A DNA stretch of 64,000 bases from an uncultured Gemmatimonadales bacterium. Its GTDB lineage: Bacteria > Gemmatimonadota > Gemmatimonadetes > Gemmatimonadales > Gemmatimonadaceae. The notes under the pieces are model-generated. The model had not been told where the DNA came from, made no database searches, and saw only the letters and a program-made list of their open reading frames with translations. Shown piece after piece: positions 9,649 through 21,283 of this stretch. The DNA is taken from contig CAWKMU010000003.1 of the NCBI GenBank assembly GCA_963850905.1, forward strand, positions 544,001 through 608,000. Direction: 5' to 3'. Made by a program: the position numbers and the translations under genes. Numbering within the stretch: the first letter of the stretch is position 1; the number at the start of each line of letters is the position of its first letter.

Positions 9649-9693
9649 TGCCCCTTATATTTCCCTGTCGAACCACCCTTCTCGGAGCGCAGC

Positions 9694-10404
9694 ATGGCTT
9701 TCCTAGAGCCCAGGACCAGGTACGGCGCCATGCCGTACCCCGCGGGCGCAGTCGTCCGAACCGGGGCCGAGCGCCTGACGCTCATCCGCCGGACCTATAG
9801 CGTAGTCTTTGTCGGAATCCTCTTCAGCGCGCTCGGTGTCGTCACCGCGTGGTCCCAGCCGCGCATCATGCAAACGGTGCTGGCGCACCCGTTCCTCATG
9901 CTCGTTGCCATCTTCGCCCCGTTGTTCATGGCGCAGTGGCAAGCGCGCGTGTTCCCCATCAATATCGGTTTCACGTTCCTTTTCACGTTCCTCGAAGGGT
10001 TGTGGCTCGCGCCGTTTCTCGCCATGGCTGAGCACAACCAGCCGGGCATCATCGGTCAAGCGGGATTACTCACCGGCGCTGCGTTCGGGACGCTCACCGT
10101 CTATGCCTTTGTCAGCCGGCGCGACTTCAGCGCGTGGCTCGGCTTCTTCTTCACCGGCCTGGTCGTCGTCATCCTGGCCAGCCTCTTGAACGCGTTCGTT
10201 CTGCACAGCACTGGCGTGGCACTCTGGCTGGCCGGCGCAATCGTGCTCGTGTTCGCCGGATTGCTCGTGGTCGATACGTGGCGCCTGCGCAACGTCTACG
10301 GCCCCGACGACTACATCCCGGCCGCGATCAACATCTATCTCGATCTCCTGAACATGTTCGTCGCGATCCTCAGCCTCCTGGGCGGCGGTAATCGGAGAAG
10401 CTAA
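9694..10404 (+). CDS. Bax inhibitor-1/YccA family membrane protein
   Basis: About 7 TM segments; RRDFS, DT, 'AAINIYLDLLNMF' signature; GGAG RBS. Confidence 0.88.
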   Translation: MAFLEPRTRYGAMPYPAGAVVRTGAERLTLIRRTYSVVFVGILFSALGVVTAWSQPRIMQTVLAHPFLMLVAIFAPLFMAQWQARVFPINIGFTFLFTFLEGLWLAPFLAMAEHNQPGIIGQAGLLTGAAFGTLTVYAFVSRRDFSAWLGFFFTGLVVVILASLLNAFVLHSTGVALWLAGAIVLVFAGLLVVDTWRLRNVYGPDDYIPAAINIYLDLLNMFVAILSLLGGGNRRS

Positions 10405-10468
10405 AACGCCTGGCGGATCGCGAGTCGGCGCTGGGAATCCGCAACGACAAACGACGACTGCACAATGG

Positions 10469-10607
10469 GGGCGGGCTGAAGCCCGCCCCTACATGTTCCT
10501 GCGGGCGGCGTCTGATTCGAGTTCGCCGACGGAAGCCGGCAACCGCGGTAGAGCACCCCGAGATGGCACCGTCCATCCGACATGTAGGGGCGGCCTTTAG
10601 GCCGCCC
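10469..10607. repeat. Inverted REP doublet between convergent genes (BIME/REPIN-like)
   Basis: Minus copy GTAGGGGCGGGCTTCAGCCCGCCC (10469-10492) and plus copy GTAGGGGCGGCCTTTAGGCCGCCC (10584-10607). Confidence 0.85.
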
Positions 10608-10662
10608 TCTTTTTCGTGTCGTTCCCGGAATTTCACGCTGTCGTCCCGCTGATCCCCGCCGT

Positions 10663-12246
10663 TCAGCCCCCAGGCAGTTCCCACACCGCCCCATCATCAA
10701 ACCTCGCCACCAACCGCAGCCCCATGAGGGCCGCGATGCTATCGGGCGGCGCCACATCGGGGCTGACGACCGAGAAGCCGACCATCGCCCCGCGCGTGTG
10801 CGCGAGGCGATCCCGAAAGCGGTGCAGCGTGAGACCGTCGAGCGTCTCGGGCACATCGTGGGACGCGCGCTGCGCCTGGAAGTAGAGCGCTGCCGGCCAA
10901 TTGGTGTAGAGCGTGCGATGCGCGCCGCCCGCGCTGTCGCGCACCCAGGCGATCGTCGGAGAATCGCGCCAGTCGCTCCCCGCGAAGTCGTTGCCGTCCT
11001 CTCGCGCGACCACGATTCGGGAGATGCTGACGCCCGCCGAAACCGCGAACCACAGCAACACCACTGAGCCCACGGCAAACCGGGCGGCCCGACTGCGCTC
11101 CGGCCACCACGCGGCGATCGCGAGCCCCAACGCGATCTCGGCGAGCAGCAAGAGCGGTGAGAGGATGCGCTCGTCGAACGGAATATTCGGGTCTGCGACG
11201 ATACGCGACGCGAAGATGAAGCCGGCGTACGCGAGGGCTACCGTGTTCAGGAGCGCGAGAAAGCCACCCGTGGAGCAGAAACGTGGCCACACTGAACGAC
11301 CCAGCATGATCGCGCCGATGAAGAGCAAGGCTGCGATTGCGTAGCGCCATCCGCCGGTGCCAAGAGGCACCGCCCATGAGACGAGAGTCTCGAGGCCCTC
11401 GCGACCGGTCGCACCCAGACCGCCGTACGTACCGAACGCGCGCACTCCCTGCACGCCTTCGAGTCGAATCGAGCGAAGCAGCCACGCCGCGAGCACCACG
11501 CCGCTTGGCAGGCCGGCCAGCGCGACACGGGCAAGACGCTCGCGTGTCCGCATCTGTTGCGGCCCGGCGACGAACAACCACCACACCGCTGCCAGAACGA
11601 GCGACGCTCCCGCGTATCGCAGCATGCCCCCCGCAGCCGTCGCGAGTCCAACCCAGAGCGCGGGCCAGAGCGTAGGGGAGCGGGTCCCGGCCCAGAGCCC
11701 TCCGAGCACCGCCACGAGCACCGCGAAGAACACAGGCTCGCTCAGGACGGACAGATGGACGTTGAGGATCGCCGGCGTGAACAAGGCTGCCACTGCGATG
11801 AGCACGCTGGTGCGAACACTCGCGACGCCCGTCGTCAGCAGCACGAGGCCGGTCCACGTCGCGAACGCCGCCAGGGCGATGACGAGACGGGCAGCGCTGA
11901 GTGGCGGCGCACCCAGCGCAATCGGCGCGGCAAGCAACGTCGGCAACCCGGGCGGAAAGTGGGTTAGCGGCTCCGTCGTATCCGCAACCGTCCAGCTGCT
12001 CGTCGGCACACGATACGCACCGATCCTCGCGAACGAGATGGCGGCGCCGAGATATTGTTGCGAGTCTGGATCGAGGCCCGGTCCCGGTGACGCTGTCGCG
12101 ATCGCGACGGTGCCGGCCGCGAGCAGACCGGTCGCAACTGCGGCAATCCAGCGCCAAGGGATTCGCCGGTGTCCCTTCGCGCCCTCCACCACGTCGACCG
12201 GATCAGGGATGACGGGTCGAGTCTGAGGCTGAGGGGCTGTTGACAT
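10663..12246 (-). CDS. Polytopic membrane protein, GT-C / glycosyltransferase family 39-like
   Basis: PDS..Y after the first TM, FPPG.P, LSEP.F, RYAG motifs, more than 10 TMs; start uncertain (overlaps the ompA 3' end). Confidence 0.6.
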   Translation of the reverse strand: MSTAPQPQTRPVIPDPVDVVEGAKGHRRIPWRWIAAVATGLLAAGTVAIATASPGPGLDPDSQQYLGAAISFARIGAYRVPTSSWTVADTTEPLTHFPPGLPTLLAAPIALGAPPLSAARLVIALAAFATWTGLVLLTTGVASVRTSVLIAVAALFTPAILNVHLSVLSEPVFFAVLVAVLGGLWAGTRSPTLWPALWVGLATAAGGMLRYAGASLVLAAVWWLFVAGPQQMRTRERLARVALAGLPSGVVLAAWLLRSIRLEGVQGVRAFGTYGGLGATGREGLETLVSWAVPLGTGGWRYAIAALLFIGAIMLGRSVWPRFCSTGGFLALLNTVALAYAGFIFASRIVADPNIPFDERILSPLLLLAEIALGLAIAAWWPERSRAARFAVGSVVLLWFAVSAGVSISRIVVAREDGNDFAGSDWRDSPTIAWVRDSAGGAHRTLYTNWPAALYFQAQRASHDVPETLDGLTLHRFRDRLAHTRGAMVGFSVVSPDVAPPDSIAALMGLRLVARFDDGAVWELPGG

Positions 12247-13276
12247 TGGCCGCCGGTGTCGACGCTGTACGGACCGACGGGCCCCCCGAGTCATGCGTCG
12301 GCGTCTGGGTCGCCGTACTGTCGACGCCACTCCTCGGGGCCTGGCTCGCCCCGCCCGTCCCCACGTGCGCGTCCATCAGATCGGCGAGCTTGCCAGCGCC
12401 CAGCACGACGATCTCGACCCGGCGGTTTTGCTGGCGACCGTCGGGAGTGGCGTTGGTTGCCACGGGGTCGGCCTTGCCAAAGCCGTGGACCGAGATGACC
12501 GTCGAGTCCAGGCCACCGGCGACCAGCGCATTGCGGACTGCGAGCGCTCGGTTCTCTGACAGTTGCTGGTTGAACGACTCGCTCCCCGTCGAATCCGTGT
12601 AGCCCTCCACGGAGATCTTGTGGTCGGGGTATTGCTTGAGCACCGCCGAGATCTTCCGCACGTTGGCATCGGCGCCGGGCTTGAGCGTCGCCTCTCCCAG
12701 ATCGAACAGGATATCACTGAGGCTGATCACCAGCCCGCGCGCCGTCTGCTTCAAGTCGGTCATCTCGACGACGAGCGTCTGCAGCTGGCTCATCGCCTGC
12801 TCCAGCTGCGCGTTCGCCGCGTCGGCGGCGTGGCGCAGCGAGTCAGCCCGCGCCGTCGCCGCGGCCGCGCGCTGCTCCGCTTCCGCCCGTTCCGCTTCGA
12901 GCGCGGCTTGGCGCGCCTGCGCCGCCGCGAGCTGGCGAGTCAGGTGGAGCTTCTGCAAGCTGTCCGTCGCACTCACGGCCACCGAGCGCCCGAAGCGCGC
13001 GTCCGCGATCTGCACCGTGCGCAGCGCGATCGAGGCCATCCCGTCGACATAGACCTCGTTCTGCCCCTGCGTCACCGCCGTGCGCGCCGTGTCGATCGAG
13101 GCGCGTGCACGGATCATATCCCCCTCCACGCGCTGCTCCGCGTGCTGCGCCTCCAGCGAGGCGTAGAGCGTTTGCGCCTGCACCAGCGCCGCTGGAGTCG
13201 GCGTGACCGAGGCACATCCGCCCAGCACCCCAGTCGCAATCAGCGCCGCCACCGCCATCGTCCGGACACGGGTCAT
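12203..13276 (-). CDS. OmpA family lipoprotein with coiled-coil N-terminal part
   Basis: Lipobox LGGC; LSDILFD, VEGYTDSTG, NQQLSENRA, NRRVEI. Confidence 0.9.
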   Translation of the reverse strand: MTRVRTMAVAALIATGVLGGCASVTPTPAALVQAQTLYASLEAQHAEQRVEGDMIRARASIDTARTAVTQGQNEVYVDGMASIALRTVQIADARFGRSVAVSATDSLQKLHLTRQLAAAQARQAALEAERAEAEQRAAAATARADSLRHAADAANAQLEQAMSQLQTLVVEMTDLKQTARGLVISLSDILFDLGEATLKPGADANVRKISAVLKQYPDHKISVEGYTDSTGSESFNQQLSENRALAVRNALVAGGLDSTVISVHGFGKADPVATNATPDGRQQNRRVEIVVLGAGKLADLMDAHVGTGGASQAPRSGVDSTATQTPTHDSGGPSVRTASTPAANVNSPSASDSTRHP

Positions 13277-13680
13277 TGTCGAGCGCCCGCGGGTGTGCTC
13301 GTCAGCTGATCGACCTCCGCGGCCGCCGCCGCGCGTGCATGGTCTGCGGAGACGCGCTCCGCCTCCGCGCGCGCGTACGACGCATCGGCGATGGCTTCGC
13401 GGGCAAAGAGCGCCGACCGGTCGGTGTGCTTGGCCTGCTCCTCACTCGTCGCGGCCGCCAGGTGCTGCCGCGCCATCTTGAGCGGCTCGGGCGCGAGCGA
13501 ATCGGCGCCAGCCGCCACCGCTTCGGCGATCGCCGCCATCGCCCGCCCCACCGCGTGCGGCGGCGGTTCGGTCGCCGGTGGAAACGCCCCGCTACTCGCG
13601 CACGCTGCGACGAACAGCGTGGCGCCACACGCCACGACGCTCCAGCGACCGCCGCGTGCGCGCTGGGCTTGGACGTCCGG
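13273..13680 (-). CDS. DUF4398-like lipoprotein coupled to the OmpA gene (start approximate)
   Basis: Lipobox VAAC; AIAEAVAAGA..APEPL..A..HL..A..A..DA..A..A pattern; stop overlaps the ompA start. Confidence 0.65.
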   Translation of the reverse strand, partial: PDVQAQRARGGRWSVVACGATLFVAACASSGAFPPATEPPPHAVGRAMAAIAEAVAAGADSLAPEPLKMARQHLAAATSEEQAKHTDRSALFAREAIADASYARAEAERVSADHARAAAAAEVDQLTSTPAGARQ

Positions 13681-13693
13681 GGAGCAATTGCGC

Positions 13694-13708
13694 TTTCGGT
13701 GTTTGTTC
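13694..13708 (+). promoter_or_regulatory. Possible LexA-type direct-repeat operator upstream of the radical SAM gene
   Basis: TTTC-N7-GTTC, one mismatch to GTTC-N7-GTTC, between a TTGCGC -35-like hexamer and an AT-rich -10 region. Confidence 0.35.
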
Positions 13709-13761
13709 GGCAAATTAAAGATCGGTGAACGCCCAGTCTCACCCCGCGGCGGACCCTGTGC

Positions 13762-14877
13762 GTGACACAAAATAAACATCAAGCAGCACTCTTCAGCGAA
13801 CCCCACGAGGGCGGACACGGCACACTCGGCCGGCAAGCCGATATCGTCTACCTGGAGCGTCCCGCACGCTCAGTCCTCAACCCGCCCGAGAGTACGGGGA
13901 TGCCCTACTGGTCGCTCAACCCGTACGTCGGCTGTGCATTCGGCTGCGCGTACTGCTACGCCCGGTACGCGCACCGCTACGTAGCCGAGCGAGAGGACGC
14001 CGACCAACGCCCCGCCGTCCAGGGTGACGGCGGCGCGCCACCCGTCCCACCGCCCCCGGAACCACCGAGTGCCATGCCCTCCTGGCTCGCGTTCGAGCGC
14101 CGCATCTACGTCAAGCAGCGTGCGCCCGACCTCGTCCGCGTCGCACTCTCACAGGCCGGCAGCGGTCGGCACGGACGCAGTGGCCGGCTGTTGCGGGGCG
14201 AACCCCTTATCATCGGGACCGCGACCGACCCCTATCAGCCAGCCGAGCGCCATTTCAGGATCACTCGGGGTGTGCTCGAGGCACTGGCCGAGCTCGCCGG
14301 ACTGCGCATCGTGCTCATCACCAAGAGCGCCCTGGTGACGCGCGACATTGACGTGCTCACGCGCGTCGCAACCCGGTCGCGCCTGACGGTTCACCTGTCG
14401 CTGATCACGCTCGATCGCGATCTCGCGCGCCGCATCGAGCCGCGCGCCCCGACGCCCGATGCCAGGCTGCGCGCCCTGAGCCGCCTGCGCGCCGCCGGCA
14501 TCGAGGTCGGCATCAACGTGATGCCGATCCTGCCCGGGATCACCGATCCACCAGCAGGTCTCGACACACTCATCGCGACCGTCGCCCGGGCCGGCGCGAC
14601 TCATGTCAACGCCGGTGCGCTGCGACTGCAGGCCGAAGCTCGCCGCCGGTACCTCCCCTTCATCGAGTCCGAGTTCCCACACCTCGCGGCCCGCTACCGA
14701 GCGACCTTTGCGCGCAATTCCGATGTGGGCGCCAGGTACCGCGCAGGACTCGTCCGCGTCGTCCAGAAGCTCTGCGACCGCCACGGCATCAGGTACGGCC
14801 GATTCGATGAGGATCGGGCGAGGGACGACAGCGCGATCCCTGAGTCACCGCGCGACGAGCAGCTGGTGGCGCTCTAG
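13762..14877 (+). CDS. Radical SAM protein, spore-photoproduct-lyase-like (Rv2578c/PA0069-type) family
   Basis: WSLNPYVGCAFGCAYCYAR, IGTATDPYQPAE, ITKS.LV.RD.D.L, IEPRAPTP..RL, PILPGITD. Confidence 0.88.
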   Translation: MTQNKHQAALFSEPHEGGHGTLGRQADIVYLERPARSVLNPPESTGMPYWSLNPYVGCAFGCAYCYARYAHRYVAEREDADQRPAVQGDGGAPPVPPPPEPPSAMPSWLAFERRIYVKQRAPDLVRVALSQAGSGRHGRSGRLLRGEPLIIGTATDPYQPAERHFRITRGVLEALAELAGLRIVLITKSALVTRDIDVLTRVATRSRLTVHLSLITLDRDLARRIEPRAPTPDARLRALSRLRAAGIEVGINVMPILPGITDPPAGLDTLIATVARAGATHVNAGALRLQAEARRRYLPFIESEFPHLAARYRATFARNSDVGARYRAGLVRVVQKLCDRHGIRYGRFDEDRARDDSAIPESPRDEQLVAL

Positions 14878-14884
14878 GGGCCGA

Positions 14885-16486
<1,602 letters not shown>

Positions 16487-16503
16487 AAGTATCTCGCCGT
16501 CGA

Positions 16504-17805
16504 CTATCTCGCCTCCCAGGCGAAGCCGCCAACCCACCGCGTGAGGTGCGAGCCGGGCTCGAGCGCGAGAATCACGATCCCGCCCTCGCCCTGGGTCAGG
16601 CCGCGGGCGACGATGCCGTCGGTGCCGCTGGCATTGGGGTCGAGCGCCGCAAGGAAGTCGTGCGCTTTGAAGCGGTAGTCGTACACTCGCAGATTCGTCA
16701 CGCGACCCAGTGTGTCGATGAGCACCGCACGCTCGCGAATCCATTCATAGGCGCCCGCGCGCAAGTCGACTGCGACCGCGAGACGGTTGCCGTTGCCGAA
16801 GCACCCCCGCACCTCGGTGGATTGTGACCGGAGCGTGTTGACGAGCCGATCGTAGGGGGGCGGCGGCAGGCTGCGCAGCCAGAGGTCGATGGAGTCCCGC
16901 ACCGCGGCAGCACGGACGAGCAGCGCGGGCGCGACGCTGTCGCGCTCACAGCTGTCTTGCCGCGCCACGGAGTCACCGCCCGCGGCATTGGCCGATGTCG
17001 GACGGCGCGCAACGCTGTCGCTCGAGGTCGGCCGAGCCGCAGTGCGCACGGCGGTGGCAGTATCGGTGCGCGGGGCCGCGGCGACACTCGGCCCGACCCG
17101 CGCGCTGTCTGCCGCACGCGCCGTGCTGTCCGAATCCGGCGGGCTTGCGGTATCGGTGCGCTCCACGGCCGCATAGGCCACCGGCGCGTGACGCACGAGC
17201 GAGTCGAGTTGCCGTGATAGGTGGAGCGTCGCGACGATGCGGTTGTTCCAGCTCGAGAAGCCGACAACGCTGTCGTCCTCCATCCCCCACGCATGGTGGA
17301 TCCGCACCGGCGTGCCGATCGGGAGTGGCGAGAGCGCCTTGACCGCCTGCTGGAACGCCGTCGCACGACGCTTGTCGTGCTGCACGTCGAGGTCGACCCG
17401 ACCGATGTCCACGAGCAGCCGCTTCCCACGTTTCGCCGCCAGGAACCACGTCTGCTCAATAGGAGTGAAGACGAGGAACTGCGAAACCGAATCGGCGAGC
17501 GGCGTGAGTTTGGGCGCCGGAGCCGGACGCGTCCGCACGAACGGGGGCAGGGCGGCGGCTGGGCCTGGGGGACGCCGTTGCGCGGCGGCCACGATCGCCA
17601 GGCTGTCCGGAAGCACACTCGGGCTATCGGCGAGCAGCCGGCTAATGGTATCCGGCACCGTCTCGGTGCTGTCGTCTGGGGTCGAGGCTCTTGACCGGAG
17701 ATTTGGACAGCCCAGGACCGCCGCGAGCGCCAGCGCCGTGACGACTGGCACGCCACATCGTCGGACTGCCGAGGGGCCCCAGCGCCAGAACCCGGGGCGA
17801 CGCAT
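16504..17805 (-). CDS. Hypothetical exported protein / lipoprotein
   Basis: Long ORF; hydrophobic N-terminus ending LAAVLGC; low-complexity linkers; no motif recognised. Confidence 0.65.
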   Translation of the reverse strand: MRRPGFWRWGPSAVRRCGVPVVTALALAAVLGCPNLRSRASTPDDSTETVPDTISRLLADSPSVLPDSLAIVAAAQRRPPGPAAALPPFVRTRPAPAPKLTPLADSVSQFLVFTPIEQTWFLAAKRGKRLLVDIGRVDLDVQHDKRRATAFQQAVKALSPLPIGTPVRIHHAWGMEDDSVVGFSSWNNRIVATLHLSRQLDSLVRHAPVAYAAVERTDTASPPDSDSTARAADSARVGPSVAAAPRTDTATAVRTAARPTSSDSVARRPTSANAAGGDSVARQDSCERDSVAPALLVRAAAVRDSIDLWLRSLPPPPYDRLVNTLRSQSTEVRGCFGNGNRLAVAVDLRAGAYEWIRERAVLIDTLGRVTNLRVYDYRFKAHDFLAALDPNASGTDGIVARGLTQGEGGIVILALEPGSHLTRWVGGFAWEAR

Positions 17806-17850
17806 CGAGGTGCGCAGTTTTGACAAGCACCGCATAGCCATCAGAAGAAT

Positions 17851-18684
17851 ATGCCGTACCTCGAACACGACGGCGTAAGACACGAGCTGCCACCAGGTGA
17901 TACGCTGGTGGGGAGCGCCAGCGACGCGAACTGGCGCCTCCAGACGATCAACCTAGCGCCACGCCACTTCACCGTGAACGTCGATGGCGCTGGTACGGTC
18001 GTGCTCACACCCCACCAGGCGCACGATGTCGACGTCAATGGCGAGACGCTGACCGGACCCCACGTCCTGCGCCTGGGCGACGAGATCATCGCGGGTGCGG
18101 GCATCTTCACGTTCCTCGACGCGCCCGATGGCGCTGCAGCAACCGCCGCCGCGCCAGGCGCCACCGCGTACCTCATCGACATCCGTGGCGGACTCGCCTA
18201 CGCACTGACTGACGAACCGGTGACGATCGGGCGAGATCCTCTGAACCAGATCGCCGTTCGCGATCCCTCGGTGTCGCGCTTCCACGCAGAGATTCGTACG
18301 ACACCCGACAAGCGCGCCTTCACGGTCCGCTCCATGGGCGCTGCGGGTTCGTCTGTCAACGGCGCCCTGGTCGGTGGCAATCCGCGACAGCTCGCCGAAG
18401 GCGACCTGGTTCGGATCTCTGGCACGACGCTTCGCTTCACGACCCTGCCGCCGCCAGCAATCATGCGCATCGTGACCAAGGCGGACCTTCCCGCACCTGG
18501 GATGCGATCCCGTCAATCAGGGGCCCTGCAGAGTGCGGTCGAGGCGCCGACCTTGGGCTCCTACGAACCCGGCGCCAGCAAGAGCGCTGGCTCCGGGTCG
18601 CGCGGCACCTGGGTCACGGCTGCTCTGGTGACGACGGGAGCGCTGCTGGCTTTGTTGATCCTGCGCGCGCTGCACTCCCACTAG
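17851..18684 (+). CDS. Tandem FHA-domain protein with C-terminal TM anchor
   Basis: Second domain IGRD..VSRFHAEI..VNG..L.EGD.V.I; first domain degenerate; C-terminal TM. Confidence 0.85.
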   Translation: MPYLEHDGVRHELPPGDTLVGSASDANWRLQTINLAPRHFTVNVDGAGTVVLTPHQAHDVDVNGETLTGPHVLRLGDEIIAGAGIFTFLDAPDGAAATAAAPGATAYLIDIRGGLAYALTDEPVTIGRDPLNQIAVRDPSVSRFHAEIRTTPDKRAFTVRSMGAAGSSVNGALVGGNPRQLAEGDLVRISGTTLRFTTLPPPAIMRIVTKADLPAPGMRSRQSGALQSAVEAPTLGSYEPGASKSAGSGSRGTWVTAALVTTGALLALLILRALHSH

Positions 18685-19540
18685 CCAACGCACCGTGAGA
18701 CGACCGCCGCGACGGTCGTGCGTGTGCCCGTGCACTCTGCGGGCGCGGCGGGTGGGCATCGGCATAGAAGGAGACCATGACCGCCGCAGTCGCGATGGCG
18801 ACCAGCGCAATCGACGCGGCCCGCACGAGCCGGCGGCGCGTCGCCCGCGATCGCTGCTCGGCCGCCTCGATCGTCCCGATGAAGGTCGTCGCCGCACGCG
18901 CCTCCCGCTCGAATGCGCCCGCCGGCCGGTTCGATGCCTCGCGCGAAATGACCGTCGACGATGGGACGGCGGTGCTGAACCGCAGCATCGTGCGCCCCAC
19001 CGCGATCTCGTCGCCTTCCTGCAGGGCGGTCGGCGTCAACACGCGGGTCCCGTTGACGGATGTGACGCTAACACCATGCGGGACAATTAGATACGCTTCA
19101 CCACGCTGGATCAGCTCCGCGTGGAGCCGCGAGACGTCCGGCTCGTGGACCACGACGGTGCTCGCGAGATCGCGACCGATCGTGCTCCGGTCGCGAAGCT
19201 GGTAGACGCGGCCACGCCGGACGTCCCTGAGGTAGCCCGTCGGCGCGTCGCCGCCATGCGCGAGCCGCCGATAAAAGAGCTCCGCCGTACCCAGCCCCAC
19301 GCGGTCGCCGAAGGAGAGCAGGGTCCGCGACCCGACGAGCTCGGTCCCGTTGACCAGCACGGCCGCCCCAGGCGCTCCGCGGATCAGCAGCGCACGGCCG
19401 CCGGGCTGGGCGGACAGCATGATGTGGACGGGGTCGAGCCCCCGCCCAACGATCCGCCAGCCGGCCCCCGGGGCGCTCCCGACGGTCAGCACACCGGGCC
19501 CGAGCGCCCGCGCCTCGCTCCCAAATTCGATGAAGGTCAT
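18614..19540 (-). CDS. Tandem FHA-domain protein with TM segment
   Basis: IGRDL..VSRLHAEL..VNG..LQEGDEIAVG; degenerate N-terminal FHA; TM near the C-terminus. Confidence 0.85.
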   Translation of the reverse strand: MTFIEFGSEARALGPGVLTVGSAPGAGWRIVGRGLDPVHIMLSAQPGGRALLIRGAPGAAVLVNGTELVGSRTLLSFGDRVGLGTAELFYRRLAHGGDAPTGYLRDVRRGRVYQLRDRSTIGRDLASTVVVHEPDVSRLHAELIQRGEAYLIVPHGVSVTSVNGTRVLTPTALQEGDEIAVGRTMLRFSTAVPSSTVISREASNRPAGAFEREARAATTFIGTIEAAEQRSRATRRRLVRAASIALVAIATAAVMVSFYADAHPPRPQSARAHARPSRRSSHGALASGSAARAGSTKPAALPSSPEQP

Positions 19541-19730
19541 GGTCCCACTAGTTGGACGAACCGGTGAGGCCGCGGTCAGCAGGTCGGAGGCGGCCCCGAA
19601 TGGGGCCGTGACACGCCGATCGGACGAAACGACTGTTTACGTCGTGGCGGCAGGACGCCGGCCGCTCGCCGCCAGCGAAGTAATTGTCGTGACACGACAT
19701 ACGTTGCGCGGTCACGCTGTCGCCGCCATT

Positions 19731-19760
19731 TTGACAATGCCGACAATTTCACTTAGGATT
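19731..19760 (+). promoter_or_regulatory. sigma70-type suf promoter with overlapping IscR/Rrf2-like operator
   Basis: TTGACA (19731-19736), 17 bp, TAGGAT (19754-19759); AATGCCGACAATTTCACTTAGGATT resembles the IscR type-1 consensus. Confidence 0.6.
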
Positions 19761-19845
19761 CCAATCTCTAGGGTAGTGCGCCGCGATGCCGCCGAGGCGG
19801 GAAAAGTCGGGCTTCGGGGTCGCGGACACCGGAAGCGGAGCAGGC

Positions 19846-21283
19846 ATGAGCAGCGCCATCGAAACACTGGTCAATCGCGAGTACCAGTACGGCTTCGTCA
19901 CGGATATTGAGGCCGACACGCTACCGGTCGGGCTCAACGAGGCCACCGTGCGCCTCATCTCCGAGAAGAAGGGAGAGCCCGAATTTCTGCTCGACTGGCG
20001 CCTCAAGGCGCTCCGTCGCTGGCAGACCATGCGCGAGCCACACTGGGCGAACGTCAAATACGAGCCGATCGATTACCAGGGGATCAGCTACTACTCCGCG
20101 CCCAAATCCTCCAAGCAGCTGGACAGCCTGGACGATGTCGACCCGGAGTTGCTGCGGACGTACGAGCGGCTCGGCATTTCGCTGACAGAGCAGAAACGGA
20201 TCTCAGGCGTCGCCGTCGACGCCATCTTCGACAGCGTCTCCGTCGGCACGACGATGAAAACCGAGTTGGCCAAACTCGGCATCATCTTCTGCTCCTTCGG
20301 CGAGGCCGTGCGAGAGCATCCCGAGCTCGTGCGCCAATACCTCGGCTCGGTGGTCCCCTACAGCGACAACTTCTTCGCCGCCCTCAACGGCGCGGTCTTC
20401 AGCGACGGCTCGTTCTGCTACGTGCCGCCGGGCGTGCAATGCCCGATGGAGCTGTCGACCTATTTCCGGATCAACGCCGCCGAAACCGGCCAGTTCGAGC
20501 GCACGCTCATCATCGCCGACAAGGGCGCGTCGGTCAGCTATCTCGAGGGATGCACGGCCCCCCGCCGCGACACCAACCAGCTGCACGCCGCCGTGGTCGA
20601 GCTGATCGCGCTCGAGGATGCGTCGATCAAGTACTCGACCGTGCAGAACTGGTACGCCGGCGACGCCGAGGGGCGCGGGGGCATCTTCAACTTCGTCACC
20701 AAGCGCGGCAAAGCCGCCGGTGCGCGCTCCAAGATCTCGTGGACACAGGTCGAGACCGGCTCAGCGATCACCTGGAAGTATCCGAGCGTCATCCTGCAGG
20801 GCGATGACTCGACCGGCGAGTTCTACTCCGTCGCCGTCGTCAACAATCGCCAGCAGGCCGACACCGGCACGAAGATGATCCACATGGGCCGCAACACGAA
20901 GTCGACGATCATCTCCAAGGGCATCTCCGCAGGCCGCGGCAACAACAGCTATCGCGGCCAGGTGAAGGTGCCTGCCGCGTGCCGCAGGCGCACGCAACTA
21001 CACACAGTGCGACTCGATGCTCATCGGCAATCAGTGCGGCGCCCACACGTTCCCGTATATCGAGGTGGGCAACCGCACCGCCACCGTCGAGCACGAGGCG
21101 TCGACATCCAAGATCGGCGAGGACCAGATCTTCTACTGCAAGCAGCGCGGCCTCAACGCCGAGCACGCGATCTCCCTGATCGTCAGCGGCTTCTGCAAGG
21201 AAGTGTTTCAGAACTTGCCGATGGAATTTGCGCTGGAGGCACAGCAGCTCCTCGGGATCACACTCGAGGGCAGCGTGGGATGA
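19846..21283 (+). CDS. sufB: Fe-S cluster assembly protein SufB (one extra base near 20971)
   Basis: [39 protein letters not shown]-terminus [30 protein letters not shown] in the shifted frame. Confidence 0.95.

Noticed and set aside
9169..9676. ORFs with PSPVTRH repeats
   Set aside because: They are translations of the non-coding (GGGTGAC)n array and overlap a real gene antisense.
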